From contig OZ176050.1 of assembly GCA_964247055.1 (NCBI GenBank), forward strand, positions 6,262,001-6,326,000: a DNA stretch of 64,000 nucleotides. The letters are read 5' to 3'. Below the pieces are notes generated by a model that searched no databases, was not told where the DNA came from, and worked only from the letters and a program-made list of their open reading frames with translations. The stretch's first letter is position 1, and each line of letters begins with the position of its first letter. This document shows, piece by piece, positions 1 to 12,202 of this stretch. The translations under genes and the position numbers were made by a program. This DNA is from Paragordius varius. Lineage: Eukaryota; Animalia; Nematomorpha.

Positions 1-1539
1 TTAAAAAAGTTATTATCTACCAAACAAATCAACATAAAAACATACAACACTTGCAAACCACACAACTCACAATGTCCGACGTTTCATGGATTACCAAAAT
101 TACATAAGAATAATATCCCATTAAGACCCATCACAAATTTTAAAAAATCACCCACATTTAATATTTGCAAACATCTAGCACAAATATTTTCACCCTTATT
201 AGATAATTATAAACATAGCATAAAAAATAGCTATGAATTGATAGATAAATTAAACGAGATAAATATAGCAAAAAAGTCCATGTGTAGCCTAGACATTGTA
301 TCTCTTTACACCTCAATACCTCTGAAATTAGCAAAAAAAGCCGTAAAAGAATTTATTGATAAAAACAACACATACTTTAATCAATTAAATATAAACAAAA
401 ATGCTTTGTTCAATTTAATAAACATAGCCATATCAAATTCATACGTCCAATTCAAGAAGCAAATTTATCACCAAAAAATCGGTGTCCCCATGGGATCTCC
501 ATTTTCTAGTACAATATCCGAAATAACAGTCAGATACATAGAATCAAAAGTATTTGAAAAAATGGAAAAACCCTACTTTTATTATAGATATGTAGATGAT
601 ATAATTTGCATAGATAAGGAAAATATTATAAAAAAATTACAAAAACAGTTTAATTGTACTAGCCCTTTACGCTTCACAATAGAAAAAGAAAATAATAATA
701 AAATCCCATTTCTCGATATATTAGTAACGAGAGACAATGATATTATTAAAACTCAAGTATATTATAAGTCGGATACATACATAATTGATTATACCTCACA
801 CCACCCTCCAAATTGTTTTAATTCTATAGTACACAGTTTACTACAACGTACCTTATTAATTCCTAATGATTTAAAAATAAAAACTGAACAAACATCGTTA
901 CTGGTTAAAAAGTTTTTAGAGAAAAATTATCCCCAGCATCTTATTACAAACGCTATAAATAAAATTATGAAAAATAATGAAAATAATAAAGATAAAAAGA
1001 ATAATGAGATTAATAACAATAATATACACAGTAATACCGATAACAACACAAAGGATAAAAAAATACTAGTGATACCTTTTCATGAGAACGTCAGTTACAA
1101 AATCAAGGACATTTTAAAATCAAAGTTCCATATTATTTTTAAACCTCTCAATAACATATATAAATTATTAAACAACACCAGAAAGGTACAAGATGAAAAA
1201 TCTGTAGTTTACAAAGTCAAATGTAATGATTGTGAGGATGTTTATATTGGACAGACAAAAAGAGGTATAAATACTCGAATAAAAGAACACAAAGCCGCAG
1301 AAAGAAGAAACAAAGTAAATGTGTCGGCACTTGCATATCATGCACACAAGTACAGACACAAAATTGATTGGGAAAACGTTGAGATCTTAGATAACGAAAA
1401 AAATGACACTAGAAGAGTATTAAAAGAAAGTTACTATATAAATAAGGAAGATAAATTGATTAACAGACAAAAAGAAATTAATCGTGTAAACCCAGTAACG
1501 GATTTCTTTATAAATAGATACACATCCTTATTTTTATAA
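1..1539 (+). CDS. Penelope-like element ORF (reverse transcriptase + GIY-YIG endonuclease), 5' end cut off by the window edge
   Basis: Frame is open from base 1. It contains the PLE motifs GLPKLHK..PLRPI, SLDIVSLYT, GVPMGSP and YRYVDD, followed by GIY-YIG VVYKVKC..CEDVYIGQTKR..RIKEH and the C-terminal R..KE motif. No stops or frameshifts. Confidence 0.95.
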   Translation, partial: LKKLLSTKQINIKTYNTCKPHNSQCPTFHGLPKLHKNNIPLRPITNFKKSPTFNICKHLAQIFSPLLDNYKHSIKNSYELIDKLNEINIAKKSMCSLDIVSLYTSIPLKLAKKAVKEFIDKNNTYFNQLNINKNALFNLINIAISNSYVQFKKQIYHQKIGVPMGSPFSSTISEITVRYIESKVFEKMEKPYFYYRYVDDIICIDKENIIKKLQKQFNCTSPLRFTIEKENNNKIPFLDILVTRDNDIIKTQVYYKSDTYIIDYTSHHPPNCFNSIVHSLLQRTLLIPNDLKIKTEQTSLLVKKFLEKNYPQHLITNAINKIMKNNENNKDKKNNEINNNNIHSNTDNNTKDKKILVIPFHENVSYKIKDILKSKFHIIFKPLNNIYKLLNNTRKVQDEKSVVYKVKCNDCEDVYIGQTKRGINTRIKEHKAAERRNKVNVSALAYHAHKYRHKIDWENVEILDNEKNDTRRVLKESYYINKEDKLINRQKEINRVNPVTDFFINRYTSLFL

Positions 1540-1588
1540 AATATTTTATAATTTTATTTTGTATCTTTATTTTAAATTTATTTTTATC

Positions 1589-1630
1589 TTAATCCGAAGA
1601 AGTTAGATGAATCTAACGAAAATTCATTAA
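1589..1630 (+). ncRNA. Minimal type-I hammerhead ribozyme in the 3' end of the PLE
   Basis: TTAAT-CCGAAGA-A-GTTAGA(TGAA)TCTAAC-GAAA-ATTC-ATTAA. Stem I is TTAAT/ATTAA, stem II has 6 perfect pairs, stem III is the palindrome AATT, and the cleavage triplet is UUC. It lies 50 bp after the PLE stop codon. The core reads CCGA rather than CUGA. Confidence 0.8.
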
Positions 1631-3285
1631 TAAATTTATTATTAATTTGCTGATATTACATTGTATCATTCTAAAACATACTGATTCAGCCTAATCCATA
1701 AAGTTAGAAGATGTTGTCAATTATACCCTAAGAATTTTGAAGGGCTAAAAAACTATCTTTAAGGGCCGTGCATCATATATAGCGATAAATATTTTATGGC
1801 CTATTCATTGGTAGAAATTGACTCAATATATGTATATTTAAATATTTCAATGCCCTAAATAGGCACTTTTAGGGTCGCGTTGTAAGTATCATTGATATAA
1901 ATATAATGATATGATAATTTTAGCAGACCAATAAAATAAGTAGACAAGGAAATATTCCGTTCATCAAAATTTCCATATCGATCGCGTGATATTCTCTTAA
2001 AAAATTCAAAATATCATTTTAACTTGAAAGAGAAAAAAGGTACCAATATATATCAGAAGTGCAAACTGAGGGTACTGCTTTTACCTAAGAAATTCAGTTT
2101 CCTAGATAGAATTATGCAATCCAAAAAAATAGGCCGTCAAATACAGCTTTTTTAGTAGCTATATTTAGCTAATAAACATTTTGTATTATTAAAATAAACG
2201 TTAAACCAAAACATTTGAGATAGTTCCCAATAAACAGAATTTTCAATAAAACCGCTTTTGTGGTATTTCTATCTCTAACATGTTGGGCTAAATTTAGCAA
2301 AACCATTAGAATTGCTGGGACAAAGGTTTGCAGATTAAAATTTAAATCAGAAAGGACGAGGATCAAATCTCGAAAAAAGGATAAGTAGGCCTTTGACAGA
2401 GACATACTAAAAAATGATGAATTCTACAGAAATTTAAACAGGGAATCGAAAACATCAGTTGGTAAGAAAAGGCTTATTTTATGATGATTTAAAACTGTGG
2501 TAAAAAATATTCTTAAGGGCCGTGTGTCTTATAATACCGAAAAAAATTCATTGTAGTTTAACACATTTTCCAAAATAAGCACATCAAAAAATCTAATAAA
2601 TAATTCAGGACCATAAAAAAGCACTTTGCCGCGGTTTAAGTCGTCTGATATAACACTTCATTGCATTTACATTTTTTGTACGGGATGACATTTTCTGGTA
2701 GTTTTCTACTCCTTAAAACAGTAAGCAAGCTGCTGTTTTGAAAGTGCTTTTTGGTTAAAAATAATTATCAAACCCTCTCTTGTATTAGATATAAAAACAT
2801 ATCTTTTAAATCTAAAACATGATAGAAACGAACAGTTGATATTTAATCAAAAAATATCAAAAAAATGGTTGGTAAATTGAAAGCATTCTAAATTTAATTA
2901 TTTATATTTTCAAAGCTTAATATACATTTATTTGTCTTTGTATTAACGATTTTAAAAATATTAAAGAAAAAATGGCGGCGAAAAAGTTTGAGATCAGGAA
3001 TTTTTTACAATTTACATATTTTTAAAAATTTTTACCCAATAAAAGGCTTAAGAAACATAAATACAACGCTAAAAATATTTTTTAAGATGTATAAATGTTA
3101 TATGCTCCTAATTACTCCAACAAGAAGTGTTAAATAGTAAGCAAATTAGCAAATAAACGGGAAATATAAAAATTATTTTATTTTCAATCACATTCAATGC
3201 CCAATATAACTTGTATTTCATAAATAAAATGCGAGTTTTTGTGTCTATATGCTATCTACATTTGTTAAAAAATGAGTGCTTGATA

Positions 3286-6200
3286 TCAAGAATAGTTAAT
3301 GGAAGCATATGAAATATTGAGATTATCAAAATAAACAGTTGCATATTCCCCGCACCCAAAAGCAACAAATCCAGAATTTTTCTTTTTCGACTTAAACTTT
3401 GTACTAAACGTAAGAGCCCCATCAAAATATCCGTGAACATGATTGCCCTGGTAAAATAATATATTAAAATAGTTTTACAATAATAATTTTTGGATTAATA
3501 AAATTTTGATGACAATTATAATAAAATTAATACTCTTAAATGTAATAAAGCGTCAAAACGATTCCAATTATAACTCAATGTATAAATTAATTGAAAAAAT
3601 TGCAACATATGGAGAAGTTTTATCAATATTGCAAAAAGTCGACTTCGACTGTAGCAATACATACATACAAAATTTTAAATCCAATTTTTGCACATCGGAA
3701 AACAGGATGGTAAGGTAAAATTGGCTTTTATAATTCAAAATATTTCAAGAGTTAAAAGAATTATTATCCAATTGCTAAATTTTTTATAACATTTTAAAAC
3801 AATGAATGAAACAGTTAAAAATTTTATCTTATATTTGCAAATTCAATTTTGAGTAAAAGCTGATTCGTGCTAATTTTAAAATTAAGAGCTGATTTTATAG
3901 ATAAAACTGTTATATCCATCTTAAGTTGGAAATATTATCGCGAAGTTTATAATGTAGATATGTATGTACACGCTTTAAAGTCATAGAATGCCTATGTTTA
4001 AAATGAGTCCAATTTTATTGCTATTTTTTAGGTAATTTAATTAAAACGTTCTCGAGCAGTCTCATTTTTAACAAAATTTAAATATATATAAGACATTACC
4101 CGAACGCTTATAGCCAAAGTGTGCCAAGTGCGCGGATCAAAACCTCCAACAATCCCTTGAGTTATGTTTTGATTTCTTTTTAGATTTTGTGTAATTTGGA
4201 ATTTTCCATGGTCGGGTATTACCCAAAAAAATATGCCTCCTGCTTCATAAGTGTTGCAGCCACCCTTATCTATATGCGCGGCTAAATACACTGGAACAAA
4301 TTTTGTGGTTGTATTCCCTGCTGGCCATTTAACGCTAATTGCAACATCAACATCTGACCTTTATTGCAAAAAAGGAAAACTTTAATAAATATATAGCATA
4401 GCATCAAAAAATAGTAATCAAATCATCATTATACAATTAATTTTTTAAATACAGTATATTAAAAATATATGTCGTCAAAAGTAAAATAAGTTTTAATTAA
4501 AAGAGGTTAACTTTAAACCCATTAATTTTTTATTCACATATTTTTTAGATCCTCTGTTAAAGAACTTATTATATAAATTATATGAAGTGTGAGATTGCGC
4601 TTCCATATATGACAACCCTAATCATGATGTAGGTTATTTAGAAAAAGAAAAACTTTTAACATAATGCCTGGCTTTATAAAAAGACATATACATCCTTTTT
4701 AAAATGACTTAATTACAAACAATAATTGTAATGTACTGTAGTTTACCATTTATAATCCCCAATTACAGCGGTAGGAGTCGTCATTGCACGCTTATTTTCC
4801 GTACACCAATGAATAGGAGTTTGAGTTACAACCTGAGAACAAACACCATTCTTTTGAGTGGAGTCTTCAGAATCGGGGATTTTATGGACTTCAAAAACGC
4901 CGATTTGTGGTGCAATATTATTTGGTTCGGAATGTTCGGCATAACCTACATTTTTTGTCATTATATAAAACGCAATACATTAAACATATCACCAATTAAA
5001 ATAATGAAATAAATCTGAATTAATTTTATTTATGTCTCCAGAATTTTAAAATCTATCGAGTAATTTTTAATCTAATAAATTTGAACAATGATTATAGCGG
5101 AATTATATCTAAGAAAGGGAATATTTATTGGAGAATATAAGAAATTACATAATCCTCCCTAATAACTAAATATTAACAGATGGATAATAAGGTTAATTTT
5201 TATTTATAAAAATCATAAAAAAAATTCACCTTATCAACTAACCCCTAACATGTGTAAATTCTTACTGTAAACTTTATACGAAACGACTTTACACACTATA
5301 TTTATATTTCTGAGTTATTTTAATGCGGAAAGTAAAAACTACCAAAATTATTGCCAATAACAAGTTAGTTATAGGGATTTTATTTACATGAAAGATCCCT
5401 CTTTTTATATCAAAATTATTTTATATCTTTAAAATTGCATGCGTTAAATTATGCTATAAAAGGTAAAAAAATATTATATTTTTAAGAACCTATTTAATGT
5501 TTCTACTGCTATCACAATTATATAGCAAATATATTTATTTGAGCACATCATATTTAATAATTTTATAAAATTTATAAAGTTACCTTCAAAGTCATCAAAA
5601 TAAGGGATTGGAAAATCCGCGGGTTCGGGAATTGAAGGATATTTTTTATATGGCGTACGATTGATTGTAGTGATGGTATATACATGATCGACTTTAAGTG
5701 TCATAGCAAACATGCTATTTATTGGCTAAACATTAGCAATATAAAAATTTTATACCTCAATTTCTCCTTGAAGTTGAAAAACGATTCTTTCTGTATCCTC
5801 TAAAACATATTTATAATTATATAAATATTTTGTTACAAAACTTCTAAGTCAGATATCATAGTTTTTAACTTGAGGATGAATAAATTTTTTTTTATACCAT
5901 CTGCATGTTTAGCTAACCTAATACCATTAAAAAAAATCAAATTATAATCTTTAACAATTAATTTTAAAATTGTACTACCTGGATGAGGGTGTAAATCAGT
6001 TATCCACACATATAACTTTGATATGTTATGAAATGCGCCACCCAGAACAAATTGGGCTACTTGGAAATCAGCAATGTTATAGGGTTTGAGATCTGGACGA
6101 ATACATTGAGAGTTTTCCCAACTCATAGTTTCAATGACAACAGTTAACTCATCGCGAGATGGAGATGTTAAACCTTGTGATATGGGCATACTTGTTTAAA

Positions 6201-9200
6201 TTGAATATACAGTTTAGAGTCTCTTTTTTCCTTTTTTATTAAAGGGTAAGGACTTAAATTGTATCCAGACATGTGAAGGCTTTAACACTCGCCTGCCCAG
6301 GCTGACAGTGATGATGGATAAATTGCGTAGTTTGGGGTTCGAACTCTGGCACGCAGTGTAAGAGTCCGGCGCCTACCTACTATACCATCACGTCTATACT
6401 GTTTAAATTAAACTTGTTTTAATTTTATAAACATCAAATGTAATGTATTTGATTTTAGGTTATTTATAAAGAAAGGTACAAAGCACTATTTTATCATTAT
6501 ATTAAAAATACAACATTAAAAAATTCAAGAAAAAAAATAGTTTTTTAGTCATATTCATTTACTGACGAAGGAACCACCGGCACTTAGGAGAGAAACCCCT
6601 CGACCATGACTTAAGTACCGCCATCCGGGTTCAGTGAAATGTGTCGTGTGAGCCGTAATCCAGATCGGAAGTTCTACCGAATAATGACCAGACCAAGGGG
6701 TATTTGCTGTCATAAGACCACAACTACCATATGGTAATCCTTTGTAATAACTGTATACCAAGTTCCAAGCTAACGTACTATAAAAAAATGTTTCCGTATG
6801 TTTATGCATCTCTATTTAAGAGCAATATATTCGGCTTACTTAATCTGTACAAACAAAAATGTGTTTTCGCATATGCATCATACATACAAAAATATCAGTT
6901 TAAACTAATTCCTTGACAGGATTTGCATAATTATACTTGTTAACAAGAATAGGTTACAACTTGCATTTTGAACACATTTATATCTTACTAACATCTCTAC
7001 ACTCTTCGAAAAACCGTATATCGGCTTTCGGCGGGATCTTGCAAGGTAGAGACGCTAAATAAGACTTTCATTAATTTTGTAAGTGGTTTATTTATGATAA
7101 TTTAAACTTGAAGACTTGTGGCACACTTTAAGGAGCAATGCGATCAAAAGTGTAGAAAAATGGTGTGGAGAAGTAAGATTAAATTTCAAAAGAAATGGTG
7201 GTGGGACGATGCAATTAAGCCATTACTAAAGAAATGGCGCGTTTGTATGAAAAATGGAAGATCTCGAGAGAATACGATAAACTGAGTATTACAAACAAAA
7301 AGGTAGAAGAGGAAATCAATCAATTAATGTTTAATAAGGCTAAAGATGCTGCCGATAAATTGGATAAGGAAATCCAAAATTATATAATTTTCAAACATTA
7401 ACAAAAAAGATATAGCAACGATTAAATTAAAAGATAATAATAATTTATAAATACAATCAGAATCGAATCCATATGACAAAAATATATGGAACAAAATCTA
7501 AACAACCCTTAAACACCCATCATAAATTCTGACAGAGATTCTTGTTGTAGCCCATTAATTTAGAATACAAGAAATCGAATATGCTTTAGACCTAATAAAT
7601 CAAACAATTCTGGCCCTAGTGAACTATGTTTTGATATCATAAAACTAATACCCAATATTTCCATGCTTTTAAAATTTATACCAGAGACTAGGAAAAAAAG
7701 CATTATATTTTCAATCTTCAGTAAAGAAGATATTTTAATCTGCTCGTACAGGCCCTTAAAACTTCCTGAGAATGGGATGAAAATTTTTGAAACATGCCTA
7801 AAAAATCGTATCACTCAGCTCATCTCAATTAATTTAATGCAATTTGCCTTTTCAGCGGGTAAAAGCACAATCGATCCAATATTCCTCATCAGACAATTAC
7901 AAGATAAATACCGCGCAAAAGGTTAAACTATATCACCTCTTGTTGACTCAGAAAATACTTACGACTCAGTACCTAGAGCACTATTAATAGAGTTACTGCG
8001 CTACAAAATCGTAGATTAATATACAATCAAATTTATAATGTTAAGCTATACCAACTCAATCAGTGTGTTTTCACACCTGCTGGGAATTCAGATTATTTTG
8101 GTATTAATACCGGGCTGCATCAGGGGTCTGTCCTAAGCCCTCTTCTTTTCATATCCATACTAGACTACATTACAAAAGACATTGGAGAATAATTACCATA
8201 TGAAATTTCTACAACAACGATCAAAATTACTACAGAAACTATTCAATACTCGAAAACAAATATTTAATGCGGTTAATTTTGCAGAAACACGGTCTTTGAT
8301 TAATACAAAGAAAACCAAATAATCACAGGAGATGAGCACAAACTATCAAGTAATCATGCCAATAAAGTGCAACAGAGGTAAAACTAAACTCACTTAGTTG
8401 TACAAAATGCAAGAATTGGGTCCATAAAAAATGCTCCAATATAAAAGAAAAATTAATTAATAATTTTATCTGCACACCATGTGCTTTAGCTATATCAATG
8501 CCCAAAGCTATTCCTCTTACTTTAAGTTTCAATGGAGGGAAACTAGAAACGTAACATCCATCCATTCTTGGCAATTATATAGTATGTGATGTACCTGCAC
8601 AGCGGTCATAATAATGTAAAAACTACTTGTTTTTGGCCACAGTAGAATGACTCAGTAAAAAGTTTAATCAATGTAGATCATGCCAAATAAACAAGCCAAA
8701 TTTATGTGAAAACCCACTTATCAATAGGACCCCAATGCTTTAATTTGGAAGCGCGTATACATTGATATCGCTGGTTATTTTTGGTTACTTGCAAACAACG
8801 CATCGAAGTGGTCGGAAGGTTTCATGTTAAAAAGAGTGACTTCGGTAAACGTATTGCACAAACTCGACAAAACCTTTGACAGGTTTGGGTTTCCGAGGAC
8901 GATATATGCGACAACGCTTCCTATTTTAACAATTCTGATTTTACGTCAACTCTAATGAATTTGGGTATCAAACACGTTAGGGTGATCCCCTATTACTCCA
9001 AAAGTAAAGGGATGGTAGGAAGAATGGGGACCCTAAAGAGCAAATATAAAAAAATCATGATCACGCCAGGAAGTCTTCAATACTTTCTGAAATGGTAATA
9101 ATGAGGAAATATAAATAATTAAAGTCGTAGCGAGCGTCGCTTCACCTAGAGATCCCGCCGAAAGCCAGTGCAGTTTTCCTAAGAGTGTAGTGATGTTAGT

Positions 9201-12200
9201 AGAATATATGTGTTCAAATTGCAAATTGCCTATCCTTGTTAACAGGTATCATCTTCATGCAAATCCTGTCAAGGTTAATAATCATTAGTTTATACGTATA
9301 TTTTGTACGGATGAAAATACCGTCAGGTATATAAATTAAACTTATATGTATAGTGCAAAATACCTTAAATGAAATTGTATATATCTTTTTAATAAAAAAA
9401 TATGACTTTTAGTATTTACGTTTTGTCTGTATAAATTCAAATTTACTGTATGTGTTATGACTTACGCAGACATATATCCATTGACATAGTTTTGGTTCAA
9501 GATTCTTGCCCAACAACCGGCCCCAATATGATCATTCACTGTACTATAGTCCTCGCTTGACCATAATACTTTACCCGAAGTAATGGCTTCAAGTGTACTT
9601 TGCGCTCCAGGATAATGTTCCCTAAAATATAATAATAAAGTAATATGATTAAAAAATTAACACTAATAACACCAGAGATTCATTGGAATTATTTTTTTAT
9701 GCCCAGATTCACGTGTTAAAACATAAATATGAATCAGTAAAAAATAATTTAATAAGCCGCCCGCATCTTTTAAAAGCGTCTACTAATCTGATCTGGGTGA
9801 TATATGACAAATCAAAAGGCCAAATACTTTTAATAATTGCATTTAAAGAATATATATACCCAATAATATCTATCGATTCGTAAAGGTTGGGATCCTTAAG
9901 CATTTGTTTGGTTATTGACCATTTCAAATCATAGCTATCTGGTGCAATTATTTTGACAGTTTGAAAGTTGTGTTCATTTAAATATGTTCGGAAATATTTA
10001 ACGAAATCTGGATCGCATTGTTGCTCGTTCCAAATCTACATGAAAATGCGAATATTTTTAATTAATATATCAGTTGTAAATAAAATTGTAAAAGCTTATA
10101 TTTAACCTATAAATATTAAAATCTTCTCAAAAACCCATATTTATATATAAATTTATTGGGAGATGAAAATGTCATTGTTAAAATGAAATTTAGTTAGCAG
10201 TTGATAAATTTCGGTATATGTTACCGCTTATACGACGTTTCGTTCAAATTTTCTATAGCTTCTTTATAATAAATTTATTTTTTATTAACATCAAGAGTGG
10301 CCAGTTATACATTCTATCTATCTTTTTATAACGCAATATTTAATAATAATCAATATGCATATAAACATTTTACTCCAATATAATCAATTTCCAAATTGAA
10401 TGATCGAGCTCCCTCTAACCACTTGGTTAAATAATTCGCAAGTTTCGTAAAGTTTTGATAAGGATTTCTTGGAATTCGGCCAACCCAACCCGGAAAAGCC
10501 CAAGCCAAAGCCCCAAGTTTTATTTTAGGATTTCTCTAAAGGAACATATAAATTTTAAACATTTTGAAAGTAACAAAATTATTAAATTTATTTAGTGAAC
10601 TAAATAATGCTCATAAATTTATTTTTAAAATCCCTAAATATCATATATATATGGTCAAGATTATATTATAATTCAAAAATTATTATTAACTCTTCAAATT
10701 TGACAAATATGGATTGGTAATAAATGCGAGGACTAAGGATTTAATATTTGTTACTTAAACTTACATTCATCCTAAAAAATATATAGTAAAAAGTTTGGAG
10801 GGCAAAATTTTTACCAATTTTGCTTCTTTCATAAGGAGCCATTCATAGCCACGTTCAAAATTAAGGTCGTCTTCTGTGTGCATGTGTGAGGATTCAGTTC
10901 CATCTTTAGTTGAAAAAATAAAAATTTATTTACCAAAATTATTAAATAATGGTTTATAATTTAATTTTATATGTTTATTCTAGGTGGGTTAAAAAAGTAA
11001 TGCAGTAAATCTAAATCGTCTCCAAAATATTAATAAATATATGTTATATATATTATTTAAATATAAAGATACAAATTTTAACTTTTGTTTCTGTAAACTG
11101 ATCCTAATTATATATTTACAAAAGAGAGATGATTTAGTACTTTGACAAAATTATTATAAGAGGCATAGTTTATATTAATGATCGTAAATTTAATTATTTT
11201 TCATACCAGTTGTTTGTGCATCACCCCCGATTTCGACTTTGAGTATTTGAAGTGAGGCCCCATAATTCGGCTGATAAATGTATAAAAATATATATTAAAT
11301 ATATACGCACCTATAATTATTTATACAATTTAAAATTACATTTTCAATTTATTTTTTAGGGAACAAATATGTTTTATAGTAAGTAATCATGTGCAGAGGG
11401 TCAAATCGTTTTGTACATATTTCTATGAGTTGGCTTGTTACGGCTTATTTTTTATGTATTATTATTTAAGCTCATAAATTATCGATTCTTAAAATTATGT
11501 TCAGGGAATTTTTTAGGCGTTTCGTGACTTTAATGAAGAGATTTCACCATATATATATATATATATATATTTAGTGTTTTAGACGTAATATACCTTAAAC
11601 AGATAATCTAGAATTTCCGATCTTTGTTGGTTTGGATAGTTGATCAACAATTTTGATGTAGCCTAAATTTTTATAAAATGAATGCATTAGTTAAAATTAT
11701 TTTACTAAATGAGGCAGTAATTAGCCACCAAGATGTGGATTACCCCTCTATTTACATAAAAATGTCCACACTATATTTGATCCGGAATTTTCAATATAAT
11801 TCTTAATAATATAAAAAATCAAATTATTACCCTGAGAAATGGGTATTGCTCCCCTTTTAGACTTAATTTACTATATTATTTAAAATCATGAAAATTTTTC
11901 ACCAAAATACTATAGTATAACAATATATTAATCTGCTTGATAAAGCATCTCATATATTTTTGTTTATATTTAAATTAATTATTCATAATTTTTGTAAAAA
12001 AGGTGCAACAAAATATAACCAATCTTTGATAGTTAGAAAGTAGAGTATAGTTTACCCCTCCTCCGCTTATTGCACCTATGCCATGAAAAATTGTCCTAGG
12101 CTCTTCCACATCATCGATCAGATATATATCACCGTTAGTTGTAGATTTGAATGAAAAAACCATATAAATCATGACAATGCTGATTATTGTATTGATTCCC

Positions 12201-12202
12201 AT
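3286..12202 (-). CDS. GALC: Galactocerebrosidase (GH59), multi-exon
   Basis: Spliced exons give an N-terminal hydrophobic leader, then GIGAISGGG|[28 protein letters not shown]|[69 protein letters not shown], and a C-terminal [15 protein letters not shown] followed by TGA at 3286-3288. Confidence 0.95.
3605..3672 (+). mobile_element. 3' tail fragment of an RTE-like LINE with an (ATAC)n tail, in the last GALC intron (approximate bounds)
   Basis: gaagttttatcaatattgcaaaaagtcgacttcgactgtagcaatacatacatac closely matches the reverse complement of about 36484-36550, which is the tail of a longer RTE-like remnant. Confidence 0.5.
6223..6394 (-). mobile_element. tRNA-derived SINE in a GALC intron
   Basis: The minus strand starts GACGTGATGGTATAGTAGGTAGG (A-box-like), then GACTCTTA (tRNA-Lys-like anticodon region) and GAGTTCGAACCCC (B box). 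A roughly 90-bp body and an A-rich tail follow. The cloverleaf is not intact. Confidence 0.7.
7100..8250 (+). pseudogene. Decayed RTE-like non-LTR reverse transcriptase fragment (approximate bounds)
   Basis: Broken frames give [34 protein letters not shown] and [13 protein letters not shown], with stops and frameshifts between them. Confidence 0.75.
8560..9050 (+). pseudogene. Decayed Gypsy-type integrase (rve) fragment (approximate bounds)
   Basis: Fragments [28 protein letters not shown] and [21 protein letters not shown] resemble the zinc-binding Cys pair and the DDE core of LTR integrases. Confidence 0.6.

Larger units (their letters stand above)
6911..9274. mobile_element. Composite element bounded by roughly 140-160-bp imperfect inverted repeats, in a GALC intron
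   Basis: The left end CCTTGACAGGATTTGCAT...ggctttcggcgggatct (6911-~7050) is the reverse complement of 9117-9274. TTAA follows the right end, while the left flank is AATT. Confidence 0.65.

Noticed and set aside
6320-6394. Intact tRNA gene
   Set aside because: The acceptor and anticodon stems do not pair properly and it continues into a SINE-like body.
6173-6560. Apparent non-canonical splice junction in GALC
   Set aside because: A canonical AG acceptor slightly further downstream gives GSFVS-LTSP, which fits the homologue, so no unusual splicing is needed.
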